In this document: positions 8,574 to 17,018 of the stretch, in pieces
Layout of the letters: every line of letters starts with the position of its first letter
How positions within the stretch are numbered: the first letter of the stretch is position 1
Source: Planctomycetota bacterium
GTDB taxonomy: Bacteria; Planctomycetota; SZUA-567; H5-PLA8
Direction: 5' to 3'
Length of the DNA: 64,000 bases
NCBI GenBank assembly: GCA_045863855.1
Contig: BTVV01000012.1
Span: 1-64,000, forward strand
Translations under genes and position numbers: made by a program
The notes under the pieces: model-generated
What the model was told of the DNA's origin: nothing
Seen by the model: the letters and a program-made list of their open reading frames with translations, nothing else
Database searches by the model: none

Positions 8574-9820
8574 AACGAGACGCGAACGACGTTGCGCGCG
8601 AATGCGGACCGGGCGGACTGCGGTCCGAGTTGGAGCAAATGGAGCACGAAGCGCCCGAGCTTGCGCTAGCGGATGTAGGGCCGGACCTAGACACTCCGCA
8701 CAACGCCGCGCCGCGCGAGCGCTGTGCGCCATTTGTCATTCAGAGCGCTCGCGAGTTGCTTCGCAATCATCCACACCTGCGCGAACCGGTCGTCCATGGA
8801 TTGCTGAGGTGCGGAGAAACCATGAACGTCATTGCGCCTCCAAAAACCGGAAAATCCTGGCTCACCTTAGGCCTCGCGCTCTCCGTCGCCGCCGGACGCG
8901 ACTGGCTTGGGTTTCGCGTAGAACCGGGGCGGGTGCTGATTCTCGATAATGAACTCCACCGGGAAACCCTGGCGTCTCGCCTGCCGCGCGTTGCTGAGAC
9001 GCTGTGCATCCCGCTGGACTCCGAGGCCATCGCCGGAGTGGATGTAGTCTCCCTGCGCGGCGCGCTGCGCGACCTGTTCGGCTTGGCCGACGACCTGCGC
9101 GCTATCGAGTCGGGCACTTACCGCATTGTCATCCTCGATGCGTTCTACCGGTTCCTTCCGAAAGGCACTGACGAAAACGACAACGGCACCATGGCGAACC
9201 TGTACAACACCCTAGACGCTCTGGCAGCGCGCTTGGGCTGCGCGTTCGTGTGCATCCACCATACTTCGAAGGGCGTGCAAACCGGCCGCGCTGTTACTGA
9301 CGTGGGCGCGGGCGCTGGAGCGCAGAGCCGCGCCACTGACTGTCATTTGGTTTTGCGACCACATGAGGAACCCGGTGCGGTTGTGCTGGAGGCGGCGATT
9401 CGTTCGTGGGCACCCATTGAGCCGTTATGTCTGCGCTGGCGGTTCCCGACTTGGGAACTCGCGGCCGATTTGAATCCCGCCGATCTGGCGCATACCAAAC
9501 CGCGCAAAAAGTCGAAGCCGGCCGAGTCTGATGCCGAAAATTCGACCGAGCCAGGATGGAGCGGCGAGCGGTTCGCGGCTGCATTCCTCGCCGCCGAGCC
9601 GCGCTCGCGCAGCACCATTCTCCTCGCCGCTGAGGAGGCCGACTTGAGCAATAACCGCGCGCGCAGGTACTTACAGAACGCAGTGGATACCGGACGCGCC
9701 CACGAGTGGCACGGAGTGGGAGGGAACAACCGCGAACGGCGATTCGCCACCGTACCCCAGCCGAAATTGGACCTGCAACCACCCCAAAAACGTGGGGTTG
9801 GGAGGCCACGGAGGAAATAA
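8570..9820 (+). CDS. AAA_25 / RepA-like replicative helicase
   Basis: APPKTGKS Walker A, LILDNE, IVILD Walker B, IHHTSK; ATGA overlap with the primase stop. Confidence 0.88.
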   Translation: MKRDANDVARECGPGGLRSELEQMEHEAPELALADVGPDLDTPHNAAPRERCAPFVIQSARELLRNHPHLREPVVHGLLRCGETMNVIAPPKTGKSWLTLGLALSVAAGRDWLGFRVEPGRVLILDNELHRETLASRLPRVAETLCIPLDSEAIAGVDVVSLRGALRDLFGLADDLRAIESGTYRIVILDAFYRFLPKGTDENDNGTMANLYNTLDALAARLGCAFVCIHHTSKGVQTGRAVTDVGAGAGAQSRATDCHLVLRPHEEPGAVVLEAAIRSWAPIEPLCLRWRFPTWELAADLNPADLAHTKPRKKSKPAESDAENSTEPGWSGERFAAAFLAAEPRSRSTILLAAEEADLSNNRARRYLQNAVDTGRAHEWHGVGGNNRERRFATVPQPKLDLQPPQKRGVGRPRRK

Positions 9821-9821
9821 T

Positions 9822-9895
9822 TGCGCGCGCGCGCACGCACCCCCCATACCCCCCGGCTGGCGCTGAAGCGCCGCCGGGCGAGGGGAATGCGCGCA
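9822..9895. other. Putative replication origin of the element
   Basis: Directly after the helicase stop: (GC)n tract, CCCCCCATACCCCCC, hairpin CCCGGC-T-GGCGC-TGAA-GCGCC-GCCGGG (9852-9878), then the palindrome TGCGCGCA. Confidence 0.4.
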
Positions 9896-9976
9896 CAGAC
9901 GCGGAGGAAGACCTGGCCGCGTCCGATGCAACTAAACTTAATCGAGAGCAACCGTCACGAAACGGAGGTATCGGCC

Positions 9977-10291
9977 ATGCAGCAACCTGAAATCCCCGCG
10001 CCGCAAGCACCCGAGGCCGCGTCCGCGCAGGACGCACCGGGCGTCCTGGCGGCGTTGGCCCGATTGCCGGATAAGGCGCTGCTGACCGAAGACGCGCTTG
10101 CACGGGCGCTGGATGTATCCAAGCGAACTGTGCGGCGCATGGTGGCGCGGTTCGAGTTGCCACCCGCCGTCCGCTTGGGCGGGAAGTCCACTTGGCAGGC
10201 CGGAGCGGTGCTGCGATGGTTCGAGGCCCGCGCCGAACGTGCGGCCCGGCAAGCCCAGCGTGCCGCCGAACAAAGAGCGCGGACAGCTTGA
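9977..10291 (+). CDS. AlpA/excisionase-like HTH protein
   Basis: GGAGG RBS then ATG 9977; LLTEDALARALDVSKRTVRRMVARFELPPAVRLGGKSTW. Confidence 0.85.
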   Translation: MQQPEIPAPQAPEAASAQDAPGVLAALARLPDKALLTEDALARALDVSKRTVRRMVARFELPPAVRLGGKSTWQAGAVLRWFEARAERAARQAQRAAEQRARTA

Positions 10292-10322
10292 CTTTTTCGC
10301 ATACAGGAAGTTAAGTGAGCGC

Positions 10323-10493
10323 ATGGGAAAGAAACGCATGGGACGCCCGCCGAAGCCCAAGGCCGAACGCCTTAGCGAAATCATCAACCTGCGCATGACG
10401 CCCGGTGAGCGACGGCGCTTCGAGGAACTCGCCCGGCTGGAAGGCTGCACGATATCGGAGTTGATCTTGAGGCCCTGGCGCAAGGAGTCCTGA
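10323..10493 (+). CDS. Small ribbon-helix-helix protein (56 aa)
   Basis: MGKKRMGRPPKP...IINLRMTPGERRRFEELARLEGCTISELI; ends 3 bp before the integrase. TTGACT-N17-TTAAGT lies just upstream (possible leaderless promoter). Confidence 0.7.
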   Translation: MGKKRMGRPPKPKAERLSEIINLRMTPGERRRFEELARLEGCTISELILRPWRKES

Positions 10494-10496
10494 CCG

Positions 10497-11741
10497 ATGA
10501 GCTACACGTTTCAGACGAACGACGGCGACGGGAAGCCGCATCCGCGCTGGCGTTACCAGTTCACCGACTACAAGGGCCGACGCCGGACGGCTTCGGGCAC
10601 TTCAAGCCGTGCCGATACCGAACGCATGGCCGAACGTCGGCAGGCGTTCGAGAACGAAATCCGCGACGGCATCCGACCGGTCCCGAAGTCGTGGGACACC
10701 GCTCGCGAGTACGCCGACACGGTACGGGAATACGTGGCTTGGGGCGGCGAGAAGGGCGGACGCAACGGGCATGGCTGGCCGATGAACTTGGTCAAAGAGA
10801 AAGGCCGCGTGCTGACCTACTGGGGCAACCGGTTGGGACTCAAAACGCTGGCCGATCTGGATGATTGCTTGCCGCGTGTGGACGACGCCTTGGCCGAGTT
10901 AGCGAAGGCCGGTCGGAAAGGCAAGACCGTCGCTCACTACGGCGCGCACTTGGCCGCGTTCTGCGATTGGTGCGTTGACCGTGGTTTCATTGCTGCCGAT
11001 CCCTTGGCGAGTTTGAAGCTGCCGGACGATTCACCGGAGATTCCACACCGAGCCTTGACCCGCGAAGAAGTAACGCGGCTGCTGGAAGCCGCCCCGCCTG
11101 ACCGCGCGTTGGTCTATCGAGTGGCCTTGGCGACGGGCTTTCGCCAGAATGAGCTAAGGGCGCTCTGCGTAGCCAACCTTGACCGCTTCGGACCGTCGCT
11201 GGCCTTGCCTGCCCGGTTTGCGAAGAACCGGAAGGATGCCCGGCAGTTCATCCCTGCGGACTTGGCTGCCGAACTGGCCAAACGCTGCAAGGACTTGGCT
11301 CCTGACGCGCCGCTCTTGCCCATGCCGAAGAAGAACACGACCGGAGAGAACTTTGCGCGCGATCTTGCCAATGCGCGTATCGTGCGCCCAACTCCCGACG
11401 GCAAGGCGACGTTTCACAGCCTGCGCGTTACGGCGATCAATGCCGTTGTGGATGCCGGAGCCGATCTTAAAACGATTATGACCTTTGCGCGTCACAGCGC
11501 CGCACAGATGAGCATGGAGACTTACGCCAAGCCCAAGACTGACCGCTTGCGCGAAGCCTGCCAAGCCGCCGCCGCGCTCGCAAACACCCCAACATCGAAC
11601 GAAGAGAACACCAAGGGAACACAACGGAAAGCTGCCGGTGCTGAAAGTGATTGCGTGGCCGTGGGTTACGAGGAACCCGCGCTAGGTTCGAGTCCTGGCC
11701 CGGTAACCAATTCGGCTCGGCACGTTTTCACTCCTGCTTAA
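10497..11741 (+). CDS. Tyrosine recombinase / integrase
   Basis: Catalytic set TGFR, K (AKNRK), FHSLR, ARH and TY. The ORF reads through the att site. Confidence 0.93.
   Translation: MSYTFQTNDGDGKPHPRWRYQFTDYKGRRRTASGTSSRADTERMAERRQAFENEIRDGIRPVPKSWDTAREYADTVREYVAWGGEKGGRNGHGWPMNLVKEKGRVLTYWGNRLGLKTLADLDDCLPRVDDALAELAKAGRKGKTVAHYGAHLAAFCDWCVDRGFIAADPLASLKLPDDSPEIPHRALTREEVTRLLEAAPPDRALVYRVALATGFRQNELRALCVANLDRFGPSLALPARFAKNRKDARQFIPADLAAELAKRCKDLAPDAPLLPMPKKNTTGENFARDLANARIVRPTPDGKATFHSLRVTAINAVVDAGADLKTIMTFARHSAAQMSMETYAKPKTDRLREACQAAAALANTPTSNEENTKGTQRKAAGAESDCVAVGYEEPALGSSPGPVTNSARHVFTPA
11682..11709 (+). other. Attachment site: tRNA 3'-end fragment (possibly tRNA-Gln)
   Basis: CTAGG-TTCGAGT-CCTGG T-arm, CCCGGTA acceptor strand, discriminator A, CCA. 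A at position 72 implies U1-A72, typical of tRNA-Gln; the identity is inferred. Confidence 0.8.
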
Positions 11742-13209
11742 GCTGCCCATCTTTCTTCGCGATCCGTTTCGCCAGGGCCGCGCCGGAATGCAGCGCGCCT
11801 TCCATGTAGCCCACGAACGCATAGCACGTGTGTTCGCCGGCGAAATGAAGGCGCTCCAGGCCCTCGTACAGCGTCTTGCCCATCGACGTGATCTGCCCTG
11901 GCGCGGGAAACGAGTAGCTCGCCCCCGCCCACGGATCGCCCGGCCAATCCATAAAGCGGCTCCCGACGAACTGCTCGCGCAGGCCCGGATAGCGTGCTTC
12001 GAGCGCTTTGAGGTACTGCTCGTCGCGCTCCGCCAGCGTCCACTGGCGGCAGGTTTCCGCGGCCGGACCGCCGGAGAACGTCGTCAGGCACGCGCCGGCT
12101 TCGCCTTCCTTCTGGTTATCGGTGGCGTCCCAGGTCATCGTCGCGGGGCCGTCGGAGAGGCTGTACTGCGAGAGCTTCGCCGCTTCCCAGAAGCGGCTTT
12201 TGACCGAAGCGAGGTACTTCACGTTGCAGCCCATCTGCGGGCGCAGGTCGCCGGGCAGCGGCGGATCGAAGGCGATCTTGGTCCAGACGCTGGGCGAGAC
12301 GGCCAGCACCACGCGGTCGAATTCCAGGGCCGTGCCGTCGGCGCCGGTCACGACGGCGCGTCGGGCTTCGATCTTCACCGCGCGAACTGGCGCGTTCAGG
12401 CGCAGGCGCGGGGCGCCCAAGGCTTCGGCGAGTTTCGCCGCGAGCTGCTGGTTGCCGCCCGCGCAGCGGTAGACTTCCGATTCGGTCCAGTACTTCTCCA
12501 GCCCGCCGCCGCTCACTTGCGCCAAGTTGCCCAGATAGCTTTGCCATGCGGGGAGCACCCCGTTGTCCGACGCGAGCTGCGCGCTCAACGCGGCTTTGCA
12601 GGTGGGCGAGGCCTGCTGTGCGGCGATCCAGTCGGCGGTGGTGCGGCGGTCGAGCTTCTTCGCGCCGGGCGCTTTCCACGGTTGATAGCCGTCCACGCGC
12701 GCGGCGTCGGCGTTCATGCGCGGCAGTACCGCATCCAGCTCTTCCCACAGGGCTTCCGCTTCCCGCGCACTCAGACGTTTGCCGTCCAGCACGATCGGCG
12801 CCTCGGCTTCGGCGTCGTCGGTCACGTCGAGAAATTTAAGACCGAAGCGTTCGGAGTAGGCGACCCAGGCGGGATGATTGGAGCCGATCAGTTCGGCGCC
12901 GCCTTCGACATTGCGCTTAGGCACGAAATCGGAAAACGAGAGCACACGTCCGCCCAAGCGGTTGCGCGCTTCCAGCACCGTCACGCGGTAACCGGCGGCG
13001 GCCAGTTCGTGCGCCGCGGCCAGACCCGCAAAGCCGGCTCCGATCACCGCCACGCGCGGCGTATTGCGCTCGTCGGCCAGGCAGCGTCCGGCGCTCAGGA
13101 GCAGCGCGGCGCCCGAGGCGAGGCTGAGCTTGAGCATCTCGCGCCGCGAAAGCGCTTGGTCGTTCGGTGCAAACCGGCGGTACAGGACGGCGTAAAGGGA
13201 GCGGGACAC
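11728..13209 (-). CDS. Flavin monoamine oxidase family protein with Tat-like signal
   Basis: SRREMLK twin-arginine motif, VAVIGAGFAGL, EARNRLGGR, FAGEHT...GYMEGALHSG; GTG 13209 with GGAGG RBS. Confidence 0.9.
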   Translation of the reverse strand: MSRSLYAVLYRRFAPNDQALSRREMLKLSLASGAALLLSAGRCLADERNTPRVAVIGAGFAGLAAAHELAAAGYRVTVLEARNRLGGRVLSFSDFVPKRNVEGGAELIGSNHPAWVAYSERFGLKFLDVTDDAEAEAPIVLDGKRLSAREAEALWEELDAVLPRMNADAARVDGYQPWKAPGAKKLDRRTTADWIAAQQASPTCKAALSAQLASDNGVLPAWQSYLGNLAQVSGGGLEKYWTESEVYRCAGGNQQLAAKLAEALGAPRLRLNAPVRAVKIEARRAVVTGADGTALEFDRVVLAVSPSVWTKIAFDPPLPGDLRPQMGCNVKYLASVKSRFWEAAKLSQYSLSDGPATMTWDATDNQKEGEAGACLTTFSGGPAAETCRQWTLAERDEQYLKALEARYPGLREQFVGSRFMDWPGDPWAGASYSFPAPGQITSMGKTLYEGLERLHFAGEHTCYAFVGYMEGALHSGAALAKRIAKKDGQLKQE

Positions 13210-13258
13210 GCGAAGCCTCCAGATGGTGTAGAGGCCCGGGTTATACACGTTCGGCGGC

Positions 13259-14176
13259 TTAGGGACGAGGTTTAGGAACCGGACGCCGATCGGCACTCGA
13301 CGGGGGCGGACCTTCGGGCGGCGGGGGCTTGCGGTCCTCGAAATCGCGGCGCATTTGATCGTTCAAGGCTTTCGCTTCCCGCAGCATCTCTTCCAGTTCA
13401 GCGCGTAAGCGTGGCTGTTTAACCCGCGCCACGTCTTCATGCAGCAGCGGACCGATCGCTTCCGGGCGCAGGCGTTCGTCGGCTTGGTAGGCGATCATCA
13501 AGGCCAGCAGGTGCTCCTTAGCGGGCCCTTCCTCCGTGGCCACGGCCAGCGCGCGGCGATAGCGCTGCTGCAATTCCTCCATCTGCTCCGGCGTCTCGGC
13601 GCGTTCCACCTCGCCGCGCGCCACCAGCAGGTGGCCAATCTTACCGGTCAGGTCCTTCAACTCGTTTCGCTCTTCGAGCGTCAGCGTATCCTCGCGGCTC
13701 TTATGCGACAGCTCCCGCACGCGCTTGCGTTCGGCGGTGGTCAGCATCAACGCCCCGGCGGACTCCAAAAAGCCTTTGATCAGCGGCCGGTTCTGCATCC
13801 GGGTTCCGATCAGGTCTCTTCCGCCGCCCATCGGAGGACGCCGCACGAACGGCCGGTCCGTGCCGTCGCCCGGCGGACCGTCCGGGCGTTCGGCCGGTGC
13901 TTCGGGCGCGAGCCAACGCATGCGTTTGATGCTGTCGGCCGAAACCGAAGCCGGCTCATTCGAATCCAAAGGCTGCAACTTGACCGTCTGCGGATCGAAG
14001 GCCAGCAGGTAACCCGTCATTTTTGCGCTGGGCGGGTGAATCAACTCCAGCTCGACCTTCGGCCCCGGTGCGGGTTCAAGCAACGCGGCGGGCTCGGTCG
14101 CACGCGCGACTCCGGCGCCAGCCAGCAGCGCCAAGACAGCGAGTAGGATTCGGCTGCCGGATATTCCGACGCGCAT
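13259..14176 (-). CDS. Secreted hypothetical protein
   Basis: Signal-like ILLAVLALLAGAGVARA after ATG 14176; host-like codon pattern. Confidence 0.7.
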   Translation of the reverse strand: MRVGISGSRILLAVLALLAGAGVARATEPAALLEPAPGPKVELELIHPPSAKMTGYLLAFDPQTVKLQPLDSNEPASVSADSIKRMRWLAPEAPAERPDGPPGDGTDRPFVRRPPMGGGRDLIGTRMQNRPLIKGFLESAGALMLTTAERKRVRELSHKSREDTLTLEERNELKDLTGKIGHLLVARGEVERAETPEQMEELQQRYRRALAVATEEGPAKEHLLALMIAYQADERLRPEAIGPLLHEDVARVKQPRLRAELEEMLREAKALNDQMRRDFEDRKPPPPEGPPPSSADRRPVPKPRP

Positions 14177-14255
14177 GGCGCGGCACTCCACACCCCGGAC
14201 CACATCGGCCGGTTCCGAACACTCTACCGCAATCGGCATACCCGGGGATAGTCAC

Positions 14256-17018
14256 TCAAGGCCGCAGCCAGATCGCCTCGTCTTCGACGACGACTCGCAG
14301 GCCCGCGGCTCCAGCCAACTCGTGCAGCACCTCGCCAAGCGACTTCTCGCGCGTGGCCAACTCCGGCATCTGCTTCGCGGCCAGCCGCTCCATCGACGCC
14401 GGATCGACCAGCACGCTGGCGTGCAATGCCGCGAAGCGCCCGCTGCGCAGCCATTGACGGAAGGTGGCGCTGGCCGGCATCGCCCCGGTCTCGCTGCGGA
14501 ACGGCAGCTTGAGGCTGACGTCCAGTTCCCTCCGCCACTCGGGCTGCCAGCCCTTGAGGTCGAACGCGTTGGGATCGGGAGCGGCGCGGAGCGCGTGCTC
14601 CAGTTCGCGCATCACGCGCATCGCGGCGGCCAGGCGTTGCGCATCGCCCTGAAAAACGAGCCGTTCACGGAACCCATAGAAGCACGCGTCGCTGAAGAGT
14701 TCGGGGAACCACATCCGGATCTGCCCAGCCAAGGCGTGGGGCAGTAGCTGCGATTGGTTCGGCGCGAGACGAGCAAGCGCCGCGAGATCGAGCACCTGCA
14801 TGCGCGCCGAACCGTAACAGGCTTTCGCTTCGTCCACCACGATGCGGCGGCCTTCGCGGCGCAGCCCCATCCCGTGCAGGCGCGCACCCCATTCGAGGAC
14901 GCGGCTGAGCGGGAGCGATTTGCAGAAGAACGCTTGTTGCGGGAAGGCGCCCTTCCCTTCCGGTACCGCGATTTCGATCTCCGCTTCGGCGGCGCGGGCG
15001 GCCAGCGCCTGCAGGTCGCGCACGTGCCCGGCTTCGCGGAGCGAGTAGAGTTCCTCGGCGAGCGCCGCGGGCGCGGCCGCGGGCTGCCGCAGTGCGGCGA
15101 GCGCGCGGTTCATCGCACGCTGCGCGCGCAAACCGCCCGAATAACGCAACCGCGCGCCTTGCGCCTCCACTTGGGCATCCGCGAACATGGCCGGCCCCTC
15201 CAGAATCCAGCCCGCGGGCGTTTCGCGGACCGCGCGCGCCCAACCTTCCAGATCGCACCTCCAGACTTCAGGCGCATCCGGCGGCAGCCACGCATCGACA
15301 ACGGCGAATCGCGCCACGTTCGTCAACGCTTCCACGCGCTCCGGTGCGGCCACGTACAGCAGGCCGTCGTAGGCGCAGACTTCCAAGCCGGCGGCGCGCA
15401 ACGCCGCATCCAATACCGCCACGAGGCTGGGGCGGTCGTCGGACGGAGCCGGCCACTCCCATGCGCCTTCCGGCGCATCGCGCGTATCGATCCAGAGGTT
15501 CACACCTGAGCGTTCGGAGAGTTCGGCGCAGAGCTTCTCCAGCGTGCGCGGCCCGGCCGGCTGGGCCGCAAGCGGCAACGGCGCTCCGGCGCGTTCGAGC
15601 AGTTCGGGAGGCCAGACGCCGGAAGCCGTCGGTCCGGGTAATTCGGCGGGTTCGGCGGCACGCAGCCGGCGGTCGGCTTCGTCGAAACGCAAACCGAAAT
15701 CGCGGGCCAGCCAGCGCACCGCGGCCGATAGCGCGAGCGTATCGTGGATCGCAAGCGTCGAACGGCGCTCGGCCGCCCCGAGGCCCTCGGCCGCCGCGGC
15801 CAATTCCAGCAGCGCAGGCGGCGACTCCAGACTCCGCGCCAGGCGCGCAAAGGCCTCCGCGCACGTAAGCCCGCGCAGATCGAGCCCCGCGACGGGACGC
15901 GACCAGTCCAGCGGCGGCGCCTCCGGAGGCCGGACGTCCGACGGCGCGGGGGCTTGCGGCACCGGGTGTTGCGCGACCGGCGTCCCCGAGACGCGCACGC
16001 CCGCGCGCACCCAAGCCAGTTGCGTGGCGCCGATGGGGCGCACGCTGGAGACTCCTCCTTGCACGAGATCGGCTTCGTGCGCGGCCAACAGCAGCGACGG
16101 AGAACCGCTCAGCGGGCGCAGCCGGACCGTACCTTCGTCCACCACCACCGTCACCGCCTGCGGTTCGCGCGCGGGCACCTGTACGCCAAAGACCGTGCCC
16201 ACGACTTCCACCTGCCCCAGCGGCGTCTCGACGACGAAGGACTCGTTCGCCGCGCCGGGGCGATCCTTGCGCACCTCGAAGTACGCTTCGCCTTGGGTCA
16301 GCTCGAAATGATGGCGGTTACGGACCAGAAGCTGCGCGCCGGGCTTGAGATGCACGTCGGCAAGCGTGCGCATCGCACTCTGCAGCCGCACGGTCAGCCG
16401 CGGATCGGCCGAACCCACCTGCGCGGTGATCAGATCGCCAGGCTGGAGCACACCGCCAGTGCGCAGCGTTTCGTCGCGTTCGCGGTGGCGCACCGTTCCG
16501 GCGCCCTGAACGTCTACGGCGATGCAGCCCGCATCGGCCGGATCGCCCAGGATGCCGTGGCGCAGGTAGGCGCCCAGCAAACCGGCTCCGATCGTCAGCG
16601 CCACGAAGAGAAAGACGGCGTACACTCGCACGCGGCGCAGCCAGAGTCCGACCCGGCGCGAGCGGCCTGCGCCGGCGGCTTCGGCCAAATCGGCCAGCCG
16701 CGGCCGGGATGCGCGTGCCTCCAGCCACGCCGGCGCATCGGGCTCGCCCGCCACCGGCAGCGCCGCCACGACCTTCGCCGAAAACTCGGGCGCCGTATCC
16801 AGCCCGCTCAGCACCCGGCGCATGCGCGCCTCCAGCGCGCGCAGTCGCTCGAACTCGCCGCGGCACGCGGGACACGGCTTCAGATGAAGCTGCAACAAGC
16901 GCTGCTCGCTGTCGGTCAGCGCTCCCTCTTCCAACAAGGTTTCGAACAAACGGCGCGCTTCGTCGCAATTCAAAAGCGGCGCGTCCGGCGGGCGCGGTTC
17001 GGGCGGAAGCGTACTCAC
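14256..17018 (-). CDS. Anti-sigma factor: zf-HC2, TM helix, FecR domain, long C-terminal extension
   Basis: HLKPCPAC, TM segment, LTQGEAYFEV...FVVETPLGQVEVVGTVFGV...VDEGTV; overlaps the sigma gene by 4 bp. Confidence 0.85.
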   Translation of the reverse strand: MSTLPPEPRPPDAPLLNCDEARRLFETLLEEGALTDSEQRLLQLHLKPCPACRGEFERLRALEARMRRVLSGLDTAPEFSAKVVAALPVAGEPDAPAWLEARASRPRLADLAEAAGAGRSRRVGLWLRRVRVYAVFLFVALTIGAGLLGAYLRHGILGDPADAGCIAVDVQGAGTVRHRERDETLRTGGVLQPGDLITAQVGSADPRLTVRLQSAMRTLADVHLKPGAQLLVRNRHHFELTQGEAYFEVRKDRPGAANESFVVETPLGQVEVVGTVFGVQVPAREPQAVTVVVDEGTVRLRPLSGSPSLLLAAHEADLVQGGVSSVRPIGATQLAWVRAGVRVSGTPVAQHPVPQAPAPSDVRPPEAPPLDWSRPVAGLDLRGLTCAEAFARLARSLESPPALLELAAAAEGLGAAERRSTLAIHDTLALSAAVRWLARDFGLRFDEADRRLRAAEPAELPGPTASGVWPPELLERAGAPLPLAAQPAGPRTLEKLCAELSERSGVNLWIDTRDAPEGAWEWPAPSDDRPSLVAVLDAALRAAGLEVCAYDGLLYVAAPERVEALTNVARFAVVDAWLPPDAPEVWRCDLEGWARAVRETPAGWILEGPAMFADAQVEAQGARLRYSGGLRAQRAMNRALAALRQPAAAPAALAEELYSLREAGHVRDLQALAARAAEAEIEIAVPEGKGAFPQQAFFCKSLPLSRVLEWGARLHGMGLRREGRRIVVDEAKACYGSARMQVLDLAALARLAPNQSQLLPHALAGQIRMWFPELFSDACFYGFRERLVFQGDAQRLAAAMRVMRELEHALRAAPDPNAFDLKGWQPEWRRELDVSLKLPFRSETGAMPASATFRQWLRSGRFAALHASVLVDPASMERLAAKQMPELATREKSLGEVLHELAGAAGLRVVVEDEAIWLRP

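Larger units (their letters stand above)
1..11709. mobile_element. Integrative element / genomic island (phage-satellite-like), right-hand part; left end lies outside the window
   Basis: Tyrosine integrase, AlpA-like HTH, primase and AAA helicase are clustered and end at a tRNA 3'-end fragment (11682-11709). The cargo at 1-2260 is visibly lower in GC than the host genes beyond 11728. Confidence 0.85.

Noticed and set aside
11633..11709. Intact tRNA gene
   Set aside because: Only the T-arm, 3' acceptor strand and CCA are canonical. There is no proper D-arm or anticodon loop, so it is treated as an att fragment.
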